Source: Candidatus Methylomirabilota bacterium (GTDB lineage: Bacteria; Methylomirabilota; Methylomirabilia; Rokubacteriales; CSP1-6). From it: a stretch of DNA of 47,199 bases. Below the pieces are notes generated by a model. The model was not told where the DNA came from and made no database searches. It saw nothing but the letters and a program-made list of their open reading frames with translations. Of this stretch, positions 7,737-16,544 are shown one piece after another (positions within the stretch are counted from its first letter, which is position 1; the number at the start of each line of letters is the position of its first letter). The translations under genes and the position numbers were made by a program. Where the stretch lies: contig JBKOZH010000013.1 in the NCBI GenBank assembly GCA_046725765.1, forward strand, positions 1 through 47,199. Reading direction: 5' to 3'.

Positions 7737-8825
7737 ATGACCTCAGGCCTCGAAGACCGCTTCCAGACACTGCACGAGATCGTCCGCGCCGCGAAGAACC
7801 GCCTGCCCGCCGGCGAGTGGGATTACCTCATGGGCGCGACGGAGACCGAGACCACGCTGCGGCGCAATCGCCTGGCGCTCGACTCGATCGCCTTCCGGCC
7901 GCGCGTGCTGCGCAACGTCTCGAAGGTCGATGCGACCTCGACGTTCCTCGGCCGGCCCGTGCGCATCCCCGTCATGTTCGCGCCGATCGGCTCGGTGGAG
8001 TCGTTCACGCCGGGCGGCGGCGCCACCGCCGCCGAGGCCTCCGCCGCATTCGGCGTCCCGCAGATGCTGTCGAGCGTGTGCAACCCCGGCCTCGAAGCCG
8101 TCGCCAAGGCCGCCGACAACTTCCGCATCTTCCAGCTCTACGTCCGCGGAGACGACGCCTTCGTGGACGACTGGGTGCGGCGCGCGGTCGGCAACGGCTA
8201 TGCCGCGTTCGCCATCACCGTCGACACCGCCTCCTACAGCCGGCGCGAGCGCGACCTGGCGCGGCGCTTCGTGAAGCCGTGGCGTCAGCGTGCGAGCGGG
8301 CACGACTTCCAGGCGGCGTTCTCGTGGGACCACATCAAGCGCTTCAAGGACACGCACACGATCCCGTTGATCCTCAAGGGCATCGCCACGGCGGAAGATG
8401 CGGCCCTCGCGTGCGAGCACGGCGTCGACGTGGTCTACGTCTCCAATCACGGGGGCCGGCAGCTCGACCACGGCCGCGGCTCGACCGACGTCCTGCCGGA
8501 AGTCGTGCGGGCGGTGGCCGGACGCGCGCGCGTCATCGTCGACGGGGCGTTCCAGCGCGGCACGGATGTGGTGAAGGCGATGGCGCTCGGCGCGGATCTG
8601 GTCGGGATGGGTCGCATGCCGTGCATCGGCCTCGCCGCCGCGGGCGCCGCCGGCTGCGTGCGCGTCATGGAGCTGCTCGAGGACGAGATCCGCATCGCGC
8701 TGGCGCTGCTCGGCGTCAGCAGCTGGAAGGAGCTGGACGCGTCCTATCTGCACCAGGGCGCGCCCGTCGTGGCCGTCCCCCGGGTGACGAGCGCCTTTCC
8801 GCTGCTGGACGAGCCCGGCTACTAG
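7737..8825 (+). CDS. FMN-dependent alpha-hydroxy-acid oxidase/dehydrogenase (glycolate oxidase / L-lactate dehydrogenase LldD family)
   Basis: 362 aa with the family motifs ...ITVDT..., ...ILKGI... and VSNHGGRQLD. Confidence 0.9.
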   Translation: MTSGLEDRFQTLHEIVRAAKNRLPAGEWDYLMGATETETTLRRNRLALDSIAFRPRVLRNVSKVDATSTFLGRPVRIPVMFAPIGSVESFTPGGGATAAEASAAFGVPQMLSSVCNPGLEAVAKAADNFRIFQLYVRGDDAFVDDWVRRAVGNGYAAFAITVDTASYSRRERDLARRFVKPWRQRASGHDFQAAFSWDHIKRFKDTHTIPLILKGIATAEDAALACEHGVDVVYVSNHGGRQLDHGRGSTDVLPEVVRAVAGRARVIVDGAFQRGTDVVKAMALGADLVGMGRMPCIGLAAAGAAGCVRVMELLEDEIRIALALLGVSSWKELDASYLHQGAPVVAVPRVTSAFPLLDEPGY

Positions 8826-8829
8826 CCGG

Positions 8830-10137
8830 CTACCACGGCAGGATCTCGGGGCGGAAGTCCTCGATCCGCTCCTTGACGACGAACACCGGGTCGATGCCGT
8901 AGAGCCGCCGCGCGTTGTCGCCGAGGAGCTTCTTCTGCACGGGCTGCGGCACGCCGAACTTCTCCATCGCCTCCAGCGCCTCCCACACGTCCTCGGCGTC
9001 GTGATGCGGATAGTCGGACGACCAGATCCCGACGTTCTCGTAGAGATCCCACATGCGGTAGACCGGCACCTCGTCGCTCTCGAACGCGATGAAGCAGCGG
9101 CGATAGAACGTGTCGTAGGGATCGGCGATCGTCCGTTCGCGGCCGCGCTGAAACGCATAGAGGTCGAGGAAGTTGCGGCTGCGTCCGAGCACCATCGGCA
9201 GCCACGTCGCGTTGGACTCGAGGACGGCGCACTTCAGGCGCGGAAACTTCTCGAGCCAGCCGGTCATGAGCACGGTGGTGAGCCACGTCATCGCCTCCAT
9301 GATGAAGCCCAGCGACTCGCTCGCATCGATGGTGGGCTCCATGGCGAAGACAACGTTGCTGACGAACTGGCCCGGTGAGTAGACGACCGCCTCGTCGGTG
9401 AAGAGCAGCCCGGTGCCGGCGCCGCGCGTCTGGGCGATGCGCTGCGCCCACTCGGACGTGAGCGCCTCCCGTGAGGGGAACGTGTGCATCGCGAGCACCA
9501 CGCCGAGCTCCTCGAACTCCCGCCAGAGCGGATCGAACTCCGGCAGCGTCGGATAGCGGCCGTTCCAGAAGCACGGACGCACGGCCGCCGCCTTGAAGCC
9601 CTTCTTCGCCACCCGGCGCAGCTCGGCGATCGAGTACTCGACGCTCTGGATCGGCAGCACCGCACACGGAAACAGACGCCGCCGGTCCGCGGCCGCATAG
9701 TCGTCGACCCAGTCGTTGTAGGCCGTGGCCAGCACGCGCGCGGCCTCGGCGTCGCGCACGAGCGCCAGCCGGACGAACCACGACGGAAACAGCATGACCT
9801 GGTCGGTGCCGAGCGCGTCCATGTCGCGCAACCGCGCGTGCGGGTCCCGGCAGCCCTTGAGGCGGCCGAAGCGCGCTTGCCACTCCTCGGTGCCGGGCGT
9901 CAGACGACCGACGTCTTTCTTGTCCCAGCGCGGCCAGCCGACCTCCGCCGCGTTCGCGCGCTCGCGCGACGCCGGCACCGCGCGGCCGTTGATCAGCAGC
10001 GTGTCGGTGTCGGTGTGGAAGTGAAACTGCGTCTTCACCCACGTACGCACATGTGCCGGCACGTACTCGTCCCAGATCTCGGGCGGCTCGACGATGTGGC
10101 TGTCGCAGTCGAAGACGGGGAACGACTTGGTGGCCAT
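8830..10137 (-). CDS. Amidohydrolase-2 family metal-dependent hydrolase/decarboxylase
   Basis: 435 aa. The N-terminus has VFDCDSHIVEP (HxH-type metal site) and the C-terminal region has SDYPHHD. GAGGAGG SD upstream. Confidence 0.85.
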   Translation of the reverse strand: MATKSFPVFDCDSHIVEPPEIWDEYVPAHVRTWVKTQFHFHTDTDTLLINGRAVPASRERANAAEVGWPRWDKKDVGRLTPGTEEWQARFGRLKGCRDPHARLRDMDALGTDQVMLFPSWFVRLALVRDAEAARVLATAYNDWVDDYAAADRRRLFPCAVLPIQSVEYSIAELRRVAKKGFKAAAVRPCFWNGRYPTLPEFDPLWREFEELGVVLAMHTFPSREALTSEWAQRIAQTRGAGTGLLFTDEAVVYSPGQFVSNVVFAMEPTIDASESLGFIMEAMTWLTTVLMTGWLEKFPRLKCAVLESNATWLPMVLGRSRNFLDLYAFQRGRERTIADPYDTFYRRCFIAFESDEVPVYRMWDLYENVGIWSSDYPHHDAEDVWEALEAMEKFGVPQPVQKKLLGDNARRLYGIDPVFVVKERIEDFRPEILPW

Positions 10138-10242
10138 CGGCGCCTCCTCGGCGGGTCGCGACCGGTCCGCGTGCCGCGGAGGCTATCACAAGCGCCGAGG
10201 GCGGCGGGGGCCCGCGGTACACTGGCGCGCGGAGGACAGGTC

Positions 10243-10740
10243 ATGACCACGCACGCGGGGCCGCGGGGACACGCCGTCGTCGTTCAACCCACCGAGGGAC
10301 CGTCGTACTGGCAGCCGGTGCCCGCCAACGGCCACGCCGATCCCAAGCTCACGCCCGATCTCACGCGCTTTCCGGCGCTGGCGATGGGCTATCAGACGAT
10401 CGCGCCCGGCGGCCGCGTGCGCGAGCACTCGCACGGCGATCAGATCGAGCTGCAGATCTGCTTCCGCGGCCGCGGCCACGTCGTCGTCGACGGCGCCAAG
10501 CACGCGCTCGTCCCGGGCACCGCGTGTTTTCTGGGCTACGACGTCAAGCACGAGATCGTGAACGACGGCGCCGAGGAGCTCGTGATGCTGTGGATGATCA
10601 CGCCGCACGGGCTGGAAGACTTCTTCAAGGCCATCGGCCGGCCTCGGACGGCGGGCGAGCCGGCGCCCGCGCCGTTTGCGCGTCCGGAGGACGTCGTCGC
10701 GGTCGAGCGCGCGATGGGGATGAACGACACGCGTGCGTAG
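10243..10740 (+). CDS. Cupin-domain protein
   Basis: 165 aa. ATG preceded by GGAGGA. Cupin motifs are present (EHSHGDQIELQICFRGRG...GTACFLGYDVKHEIVN). Confidence 0.8.
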   Translation: MTTHAGPRGHAVVVQPTEGPSYWQPVPANGHADPKLTPDLTRFPALAMGYQTIAPGGRVREHSHGDQIELQICFRGRGHVVVDGAKHALVPGTACFLGYDVKHEIVNDGAEELVMLWMITPHGLEDFFKAIGRPRTAGEPAPAPFARPEDVVAVERAMGMNDTRA

Positions 10741-11236
10741 CGCCATCGCAGCGGCGCTGATCCTGGCGGCCGTGGCCCCGGTGAGCGCCGCCGACGTCAC
10801 GCTGGTCGGCACCGACGGCCGCGCGGCGCTGTCCGAGGCCGAGCAGGACGAGATCAGCGCGGTCGTGAAGCGGGAGGCGGAGAGCTGCAGCATCAGCTCG
10901 GCTGTCTTTCCCGACATCTTCGTCGACCGTGACGCGGGCGCGGAATGGGTGACGCTGGAGGGCCGTCCGCACCTCTACGTGCGCTACGAGACGCCCGTCG
11001 TGATCCGGCGCGGCAGCCGGCAGGTCCTGGCCACCGAGGTGCTCACGGCGCTCGACAATCCGAAGTTCCCCCGCCAGCCGCTGACCCGACACGACGGCGT
11101 GGTGACGATGCACGCCAAGTGCTCGGGCGAGCACGGCATCGAGCTGATGTGTCTGCCCGCGCTGCGCCCGTATTTCGAGCCGGGAGTGCTCGACAACAAC
11201 TGCGCCGTCCTCGAGCGCGTCAGGCGGCCGTCCTAG
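10733..11236 (+). CDS. Hypothetical exported protein
   Basis: 167 aa. The GTG start overlaps the cupin gene's stop. N-terminal signal peptide MRSAIAAALILAAVAPVSAADV. I recognised no family. Confidence 0.5.
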   Translation: MRSAIAAALILAAVAPVSAADVTLVGTDGRAALSEAEQDEISAVVKREAESCSISSAVFPDIFVDRDAGAEWVTLEGRPHLYVRYETPVVIRRGSRQVLATEVLTALDNPKFPRQPLTRHDGVVTMHAKCSGEHGIELMCLPALRPYFEPGVLDNNCAVLERVRRPS

Positions 11237-11238
11237 CC

Positions 11239-12033
11239 ATGCCGACCGTCTCGATCGGCGACGCCGAGATCTATTACGAGGAGAAGGGCCAGGGGCCGCC
11301 GCTGATGCTGGTGCCCGGTCTTGCCGGCACGGGCGCCTTCTTCATCTCGCAGGTCCCGGAGTTCTCGCGTGACTTTCGCACGATCGTGCACGACCACCGC
11401 GGGGCGGGACGCAGCACGTACTCGCGCATCAGGTACTCGGTGGAGCAGATGGCGGATGACACGCTGCGACTGATGGATGTGCTCGGCGTGGACGCCGCGC
11501 ACTTCGTCGGCCACTCCACCGGCGGCGCCATCGGGCAGGTCATCGCGACCGAGCATCCCAAGCGCCTGCGGAGCCTCGTGCTGAGCGCGACATGGGCGGG
11601 TCCCGATCCGTACTTCCGGCGCCTATTCGAGAGTCGCAGGCAGACGCTGCTCGACTCGGGCGTGGAGGCGTATCTCAAAGCCTCTTCGCTGGTGCAGACG
11701 ACGCCGCGGTGGGTGAGCGAGAACGACGAGTTCCTCACCGAGCTGCACGCTGTCACCATTGCGAGCTCGGCGCCGGTCGAGATCATGGCCAGCCGGATCG
11801 ACGCGATCCTGAAGCACGATCGCCGGCACCGCCTGCGGCAGATCCGTGTGCCGACGCTCGTCATCGTCGCCCGCGACGACATGATCACGCCGGCGTTCTA
11901 CTCCGAGGAGCTCGCCTCGGCGATCCCCGGCGCCAAGCTGGTGGTGCTCGAGGGCGGCGGCCACTTCTCTCCGGCCATTCAGTCCACGCCCTACAACGCC
12001 GCCGTCGGCGCGTTCCTGCGCGCCCTGCGCTGA
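11239..12033 (+). CDS. Alpha/beta-fold hydrolase
   Basis: 264 aa with a nucleophile elbow GHSTGG and the HDHRGAGRS motif. The architecture is similar to RutD/MhpC-type hydrolases. Confidence 0.85.
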   Translation: MPTVSIGDAEIYYEEKGQGPPLMLVPGLAGTGAFFISQVPEFSRDFRTIVHDHRGAGRSTYSRIRYSVEQMADDTLRLMDVLGVDAAHFVGHSTGGAIGQVIATEHPKRLRSLVLSATWAGPDPYFRRLFESRRQTLLDSGVEAYLKASSLVQTTPRWVSENDEFLTELHAVTIASSAPVEIMASRIDAILKHDRRHRLRQIRVPTLVIVARDDMITPAFYSEELASAIPGAKLVVLEGGGHFSPAIQSTPYNAAVGAFLRALR

Positions 12034-12055
12034 CCCCCGTTCAGAGGAGACCTGC

Positions 12056-12484
12056 ATGAGGATTCCGGACGCGGTGCGGACCGTCGTCGACACCGCCCCC
12101 TTCGCGCATCTCACCACGCTCAACGCCGACGGCGGCCCGCAGATAACCGTCGTGTGGGTCGACATCGAGGGCGACGAGTTCGTCATCGGTCACATGGGCG
12201 AGCGACGGAAGACACGCAACGTCCGCCACGACCCGCGGGTGGCGCTCTCGATGCTCGCGACGACGATGAGCCCGATGGGCCTGCGCGAGTACGTCGTGGT
12301 GTACGGTCGCGCCCGCGTCACCGAGGGGGGCGCGGTGCCGCTGCTGCAGAAGCTCGCGCGGCGCTATCTCGGGCCCAACGTCGATTTTCCGCCGCCGCAG
12401 TTTCGCGAGCAGCCGGGCTTCATCACGCGGATCACGCCGGAGCGCTTCGGCGGCGTCGGCGTCTGGAACCCGCCCAAGCGCTGA
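12056..12484 (+). CDS. PPOX-class (pyridoxamine-5'-phosphate-oxidase-like) probable F420-dependent enzyme
   Basis: 142 aa. SD AGGAGA. The N-terminus (...FAHLTTLNADGGPQITVVWV...) is typical of this family. Confidence 0.8.
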   Translation: MRIPDAVRTVVDTAPFAHLTTLNADGGPQITVVWVDIEGDEFVIGHMGERRKTRNVRHDPRVALSMLATTMSPMGLREYVVVYGRARVTEGGAVPLLQKLARRYLGPNVDFPPPQFREQPGFITRITPERFGGVGVWNPPKR

Positions 12485-12515
12485 CGCCGAACCGCACGTC
12501 ATCGCCGGCGACGGC

Positions 12516-13865
12516 TCAGCGCAGCGCCGCGAAGACGCTCCGGGCCAGGCGCGGCAGCTCCGGATCGCGCGCGCCCATCAGCAACACCGTGTCGCCGGGG
12601 CGCGCCTCGCTGGCGACCCAGCGCACGACCGCCGGGTGGTCGGCCGCGTATGCACTGCTGACGTCCGCGGCCAGATCCCGGCTCGACAGATCGCGCGTGA
12701 CGGTCCCGCCCGCGTAGTAGATCTCCGCGTAGCAAAGACGATCGGCAGGGCGCAGCAGGCGAGGAAGCATCTCGCGGAGCTCGCCGCGCAGGAAGCGCGC
12801 GGGCCCGAACCCATGCGGCTGGAACACCGCGACGACGCGCGCCGCACCCGCCTGCGCGGTGGTCAGCGCCGCGCGAATCTTCTCCGCGTTGTGCGCGAAA
12901 TCGTCGATGACCCGGATGCCGGACGCCGTGATGCCGATCGTCTCGAAGCGCCGTGCCACGCCGGGAAAGCGCGGGAGCAGCGCCTCGACGTTCGCGCGCG
13001 CGACGCCCAGCTCGAGCGCGATGAGTGCGGCGGCCGCCGCGTTCTCGAGATTGTGCAGGCCCGGCTGCGGCACGTCGAGGGCGACGTCGAGGCCGCGCCA
13101 GCGCAGGAGGCCGGCCGCGCGCGCCGGCCCGAGCACCCGCGCCGTCACGGGGGCGGCGGCTCCACTCGCGACGCCGTAGGTCGTCGCCCCGACGTCGCGG
13201 CCGAGCGCCGCGGCCTCGGCACAGCGCGCGTTGACCAAGAGCCGCCCGCACTGCGCGGCGAAGGTCGCGAACTGCTTGCGCAGCGGCTCGAGCTCCGTGT
13301 GATCGCGGCTGATGTTGTGGATCAGTCCCAACGCTGGCTGATAGCCCACCAGCGTGCCGTCGGACTCGTCGGCCTCGGCCACCACGGCGCCGTCGACCGT
13401 CCCGGTCACCAGGCAGCCGCCGCCGCCCTCACCGACCAGCGCGGCGCCGCCGATGACGGCGGCCGGCGCAGCGGACTCGCGCGCCAGCCACGCGAGCATC
13501 CCCGTGATCGTGCTCTTGCCGCTGGTGCCGCTCACGGCGACACCGGGGCGGGCGGTGTTGACCATCTCCGCCAGCAGCGCGGGCCGCGCGATCGTCGTAA
13601 GCCCGAGCGCGCGCGCCGCGCTCATCTCAGGCGTGTCGGCTTCCACCGCCGTCGAGAAGACGAAGCGATCGATGCCCACGGTGATCGCGCGACCGTCGTG
13701 CGGGACGAGCTCGACGCCGGCCGCGCGCAGCGCATCGGCGGCCTCGCGGTTTCGGCCCACATCGAACGCGCGATCCGAGCCCTGCACGCTGTGCCCGCGG
13801 GCCCGCATCAACCGCGCCAGCGGGCTCATGCCCGCACCGCCCACGCCCGAGAAGTGATAGCGCAT
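12516..13865 (-). CDS. Mur-ligase-family protein (MurC/Mpl-like), stand-alone
   Basis: The start is set at MRYHFSGVGGAGMS... (ATG 13865), supported by a TACGAT box 6 nt upstream. P-loop GTSGKST. Mur ligase middle and C-terminal domains are present. Confidence 0.8.
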   Translation of the reverse strand: MRYHFSGVGGAGMSPLARLMRARGHSVQGSDRAFDVGRNREAADALRAAGVELVPHDGRAITVGIDRFVFSTAVEADTPEMSAARALGLTTIARPALLAEMVNTARPGVAVSGTSGKSTITGMLAWLARESAAPAAVIGGAALVGEGGGGCLVTGTVDGAVVAEADESDGTLVGYQPALGLIHNISRDHTELEPLRKQFATFAAQCGRLLVNARCAEAAALGRDVGATTYGVASGAAAPVTARVLGPARAAGLLRWRGLDVALDVPQPGLHNLENAAAAALIALELGVARANVEALLPRFPGVARRFETIGITASGIRVIDDFAHNAEKIRAALTTAQAGAARVVAVFQPHGFGPARFLRGELREMLPRLLRPADRLCYAEIYYAGGTVTRDLSSRDLAADVSSAYAADHPAVVRWVASEARPGDTVLLMGARDPELPRLARSVFAALR

Positions 13866-13871
13866 TGGCCC

Positions 13872-13877
13872 ATCGTA
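13872..13877 (-). promoter_or_regulatory. -10-like hexamer TACGAT (minus strand), 6 nt upstream of ATG 13865
   Basis: Leaderless spacing, with no SD. Confidence 0.4.
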
Positions 13878-13892
13878 CCGAGGAGGCCGCGC

Positions 13893-13898
13893 TACAAT
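13893..13898 (+). promoter_or_regulatory. -10 hexamer TACAAT, 9 nt upstream of ATG 13908
   Basis: Near-consensus -10 in a 42-bp divergent spacer. Confidence 0.4.
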
Positions 13899-13907
13899 CC
13901 AGAGGCG

Positions 13908-15617
13908 ATGACGGACGGTGCGCACGGCCTGGCCCGGGGACTGACGAACTACGGCGACGCCGACTTCTCGCTCTATCTGCGCCGCTCGTTCGCGACGTCC
14001 ATGGGGTACTCACGCGAGATGCTCGCACGCCCCGTCGTCGGTATCGCGCAGTCGGCGAGCGGCTTCAACAACTGCCATCGGCACTTTCCCGAGCTGATCG
14101 ACGCCGTCAAGCGCGGCGTCGTCGCCGCCGGCGGACTACCGCTGGACTTTCCCACGATCTCCCTCGGCGAAGTCTTCCTGTCGCCGACGAGCATGATGTT
14201 CCGCAATCTGATGTCGATCGACGTCGAGGAAATGATTCGCGCTCAGCCGATGGACTCCGTGGTGCTCGTCGGCGGCTGCGACAAGACGGTACCCGCCCAG
14301 CTCATGGGCGCGGCGTCGGCGGACGTCCCAGCCGTGCAGCTGCTCGCGGGGCCGATGATGCCCATGCCGTATCACGGCGAGCGCCTCGGCGCTTGCACCG
14401 ACTGCCGGCGGTTCTGGGCGAAGTACCGCGCCGGCGGGCTGAGCGCGACCGAGATTCAGGAGGTCGAAGGCAACCTGGCGACGACGGCCGGCACGTGCGC
14501 CGTGATGGGCACCGCATCGACGATGGCGTCGATCGCCGAGACGCTCGGCATGGCGCTGCCCGGCACGGCGGCCATCCCGGCGGTGCACGCCGATCGCCTG
14601 CGCGCGGCTGAGGCGAGCGGCCGCCAGGCCGTCGCGCTCGCGGCCGCGAAGCTGACGCCGTCGAAGATCATCACCGCGAAGTCCGTCGAGAACGCGCTGC
14701 GCGTGCTGCTCGCCATCGGCGGCTCGACGAACGCGATCATCCATCTCACCGCGATCGCGGGCCGCGTCGGCGTGCCGATCTCGCTCGAGCGTCTCAACGA
14801 GCTCAGCGACTCGACGCCCGTGCTGGTGGATCTCAAGCCCACGGGTCAGCACTACATGTCCGATCTGCACGCCGCCGGCGGCGTCGGCGCCGTGCTGCGC
14901 GAGCTCAAGCCGCTGCTGCACCTCGATTGCCTGACGGTCACCGGGGAGACGCTCGGCCAGCGTCTCGCTGGCGAGCCGGCGTGGGTCGACCGCGCCGTCG
15001 TGCGCGCGCTCGACGATCCCTATCAGAAGCAGGGCGGGCTCGTCGCGCTGTTCGGCTCGCTCGCGCCGAGCGGCGCCATCCTCAAGCGCTCCGCAGCGGA
15101 TCCCGCGCTGTTCGAGCGTGAGGCGCGCGCCGTCGTGTTCTCGTCGCTGGACGATCTCGCCGCGCGCGTCGACCGGGCGGACCTCGACGTCAGCGCCGAC
15201 GACTTCCTCGTGCTGCAGAACGCCGGGCCGAAGAGCGGCTACGCGATGCCGGAAGCCGGCTACCTACCGATTCCGGCCAAGCTTGCGAAGACCGGCGTGA
15301 AGGACATGGTCCGCATCTCCGACGCGCGGATGAGCGGGACCGCGTACGGCACGATCGTGCTGCACGTGTCACCCGAGGCCGCCGTCGGGGGGCCACTGGC
15401 GCTCGCGAAAACCGGCGACCGGATCCGCCTCAGCGTCGCGCGGCGCAGCATCGATCTGCTCGTCGACGAGGCAGAGCTGGGCCGTCGCCGTGCCGCGTGG
15501 CGGCCGCCCACGACGCCGCCGACGCGCGGCTACGCGAAGCTCTACATGCAGTCCGTGCTCCAGGCCGAGCACGGCTGCGATTTCGATTTTCTGAGACGAG
15601 AGGAGCCCCGAGCGTGA
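13908..15617 (+). CDS. IlvD/Edd-family dehydratase (sugar-acid/dihydroxy-acid dehydratase)
   Basis: 569 aa with the family motifs ...VLVGGCDKTVPA... and ...TAGTCAVMGTASTM... Confidence 0.9.
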   Translation: MTDGAHGLARGLTNYGDADFSLYLRRSFATSMGYSREMLARPVVGIAQSASGFNNCHRHFPELIDAVKRGVVAAGGLPLDFPTISLGEVFLSPTSMMFRNLMSIDVEEMIRAQPMDSVVLVGGCDKTVPAQLMGAASADVPAVQLLAGPMMPMPYHGERLGACTDCRRFWAKYRAGGLSATEIQEVEGNLATTAGTCAVMGTASTMASIAETLGMALPGTAAIPAVHADRLRAAEASGRQAVALAAAKLTPSKIITAKSVENALRVLLAIGGSTNAIIHLTAIAGRVGVPISLERLNELSDSTPVLVDLKPTGQHYMSDLHAAGGVGAVLRELKPLLHLDCLTVTGETLGQRLAGEPAWVDRAVVRALDDPYQKQGGLVALFGSLAPSGAILKRSAADPALFEREARAVVFSSLDDLAARVDRADLDVSADDFLVLQNAGPKSGYAMPEAGYLPIPAKLAKTGVKDMVRISDARMSGTAYGTIVLHVSPEAAVGGPLALAKTGDRIRLSVARRSIDLLVDEAELGRRRAAWRPPTTPPTRGYAKLYMQSVLQAEHGCDFDFLRREEPRA

Positions 15618-16534
15618 ATCGCAAGCGCATCACCGGCGTGCTGTCTCCGGTCGTCACCCCGTTCAAGCCCGACCTCTCACCCGACGCCGAAAAATTCGTT
15701 CGGCAGTGCCGGTGGCTGCTCGCGCAGAACGTCGGCCTCGCGGTGTTCGGGACGAACTCCGAGGCCAACTCGCTGGCGACCGAGGAGAAGATCGAGCTGC
15801 TCGATCGCCTCGTCGCTGCCGGACTCGATACCGGACGCATGATGCCGGGCACCGGCTGCTGTGCGCTGACCGATTCCGTGCGGCTCACGAAGCACGCGGT
15901 GAAGCTCGGCTGCGGCGGCGTGCTGATGCTGCCGCCGTTCTACTACAAGGGCGTGTCGGACGACGGCCTCTTCCGGAACTTCGCGGAGATCGTCGAACGC
16001 GTCGGTGATAGCGGGCTGCGGATTTACCTCTACCACATCCCCCCGGTGTCGAACGTGCCGATCACGCTCACGCTGATCGAGCGGCTGCTGAAGGCCTACC
16101 CCGGGGTCATCGCCGGCGCGAAGGACTCCGGCGGCGACTGGAACAACACCAAAGCGATGCTCGACCGTTTCGCGTCTGCGGGCTTCGACGTGTTCCCGGG
16201 CGCCGAGACGTTCCTGCTCGCCGGCATGCGGAACGGCGGCGCCGGCTGCATCAGCGCCACCGCCAACACGAACCCCGCGGCGATCGCGCGGCTCTACGAT
16301 ACCTGGCGCGACGCCGACGCCGACGCGCAGCAGAAGCGGCTGGACGAGATCCGCGGCACGTTCGCAAAGTATCCGATGATCCCCGCGCTCAAGGCCGCGA
16401 TCGCGCACTGGTCCGGCGTCGCCGAGTGGTCGACCGTGCGCCCGCCGCTCGTGGCGCTGACGAAAGAACAGTCCGCGTCGCTGGTGAAGGATCTCAAGGA
16501 GCGCAGCTTCGACATGCCCGGACTGCGCGGGTAG
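15614..16534 (+). CDS. DapA (dihydrodipicolinate synthase)-family lyase, probable 2-keto-3-deoxy-sugar-acid aldolase
   Basis: 306 aa. The GTG start overlaps the dehydratase stop (GTGA). AGGAG lies 8 nt upstream. Motifs: TPF..., GTNSEANSL, YHIP, and the K of AGAKDS. Confidence 0.85.
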   Translation: MNRKRITGVLSPVVTPFKPDLSPDAEKFVRQCRWLLAQNVGLAVFGTNSEANSLATEEKIELLDRLVAAGLDTGRMMPGTGCCALTDSVRLTKHAVKLGCGGVLMLPPFYYKGVSDDGLFRNFAEIVERVGDSGLRIYLYHIPPVSNVPITLTLIERLLKAYPGVIAGAKDSGGDWNNTKAMLDRFASAGFDVFPGAETFLLAGMRNGGAGCISATANTNPAAIARLYDTWRDADADAQQKRLDEIRGTFAKYPMIPALKAAIAHWSGVAEWSTVRPPLVALTKEQSASLVKDLKERSFDMPGLRG

Positions 16535-16537
16535 ACT
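16532..16537 (+). promoter_or_regulatory. -10-like hexamer TAGACT, 7 nt upstream of ATG 16545; it includes the upstream TAG stop
   Basis: TAnnnT at leaderless spacing, with no SD. Confidence 0.35.
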
Positions 16538-16544
16538 CGACCGC

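Noticed and set aside
12516-13925. The upstream start (13925) for the Mur ligase given by the ORF track.
   Set aside because: Homology begins at MRYHFSGVGGAGMS. A TACGAT box lies 6 nt upstream of ATG 13865. The longer version would overlap the divergent dehydratase gene and its promoter.
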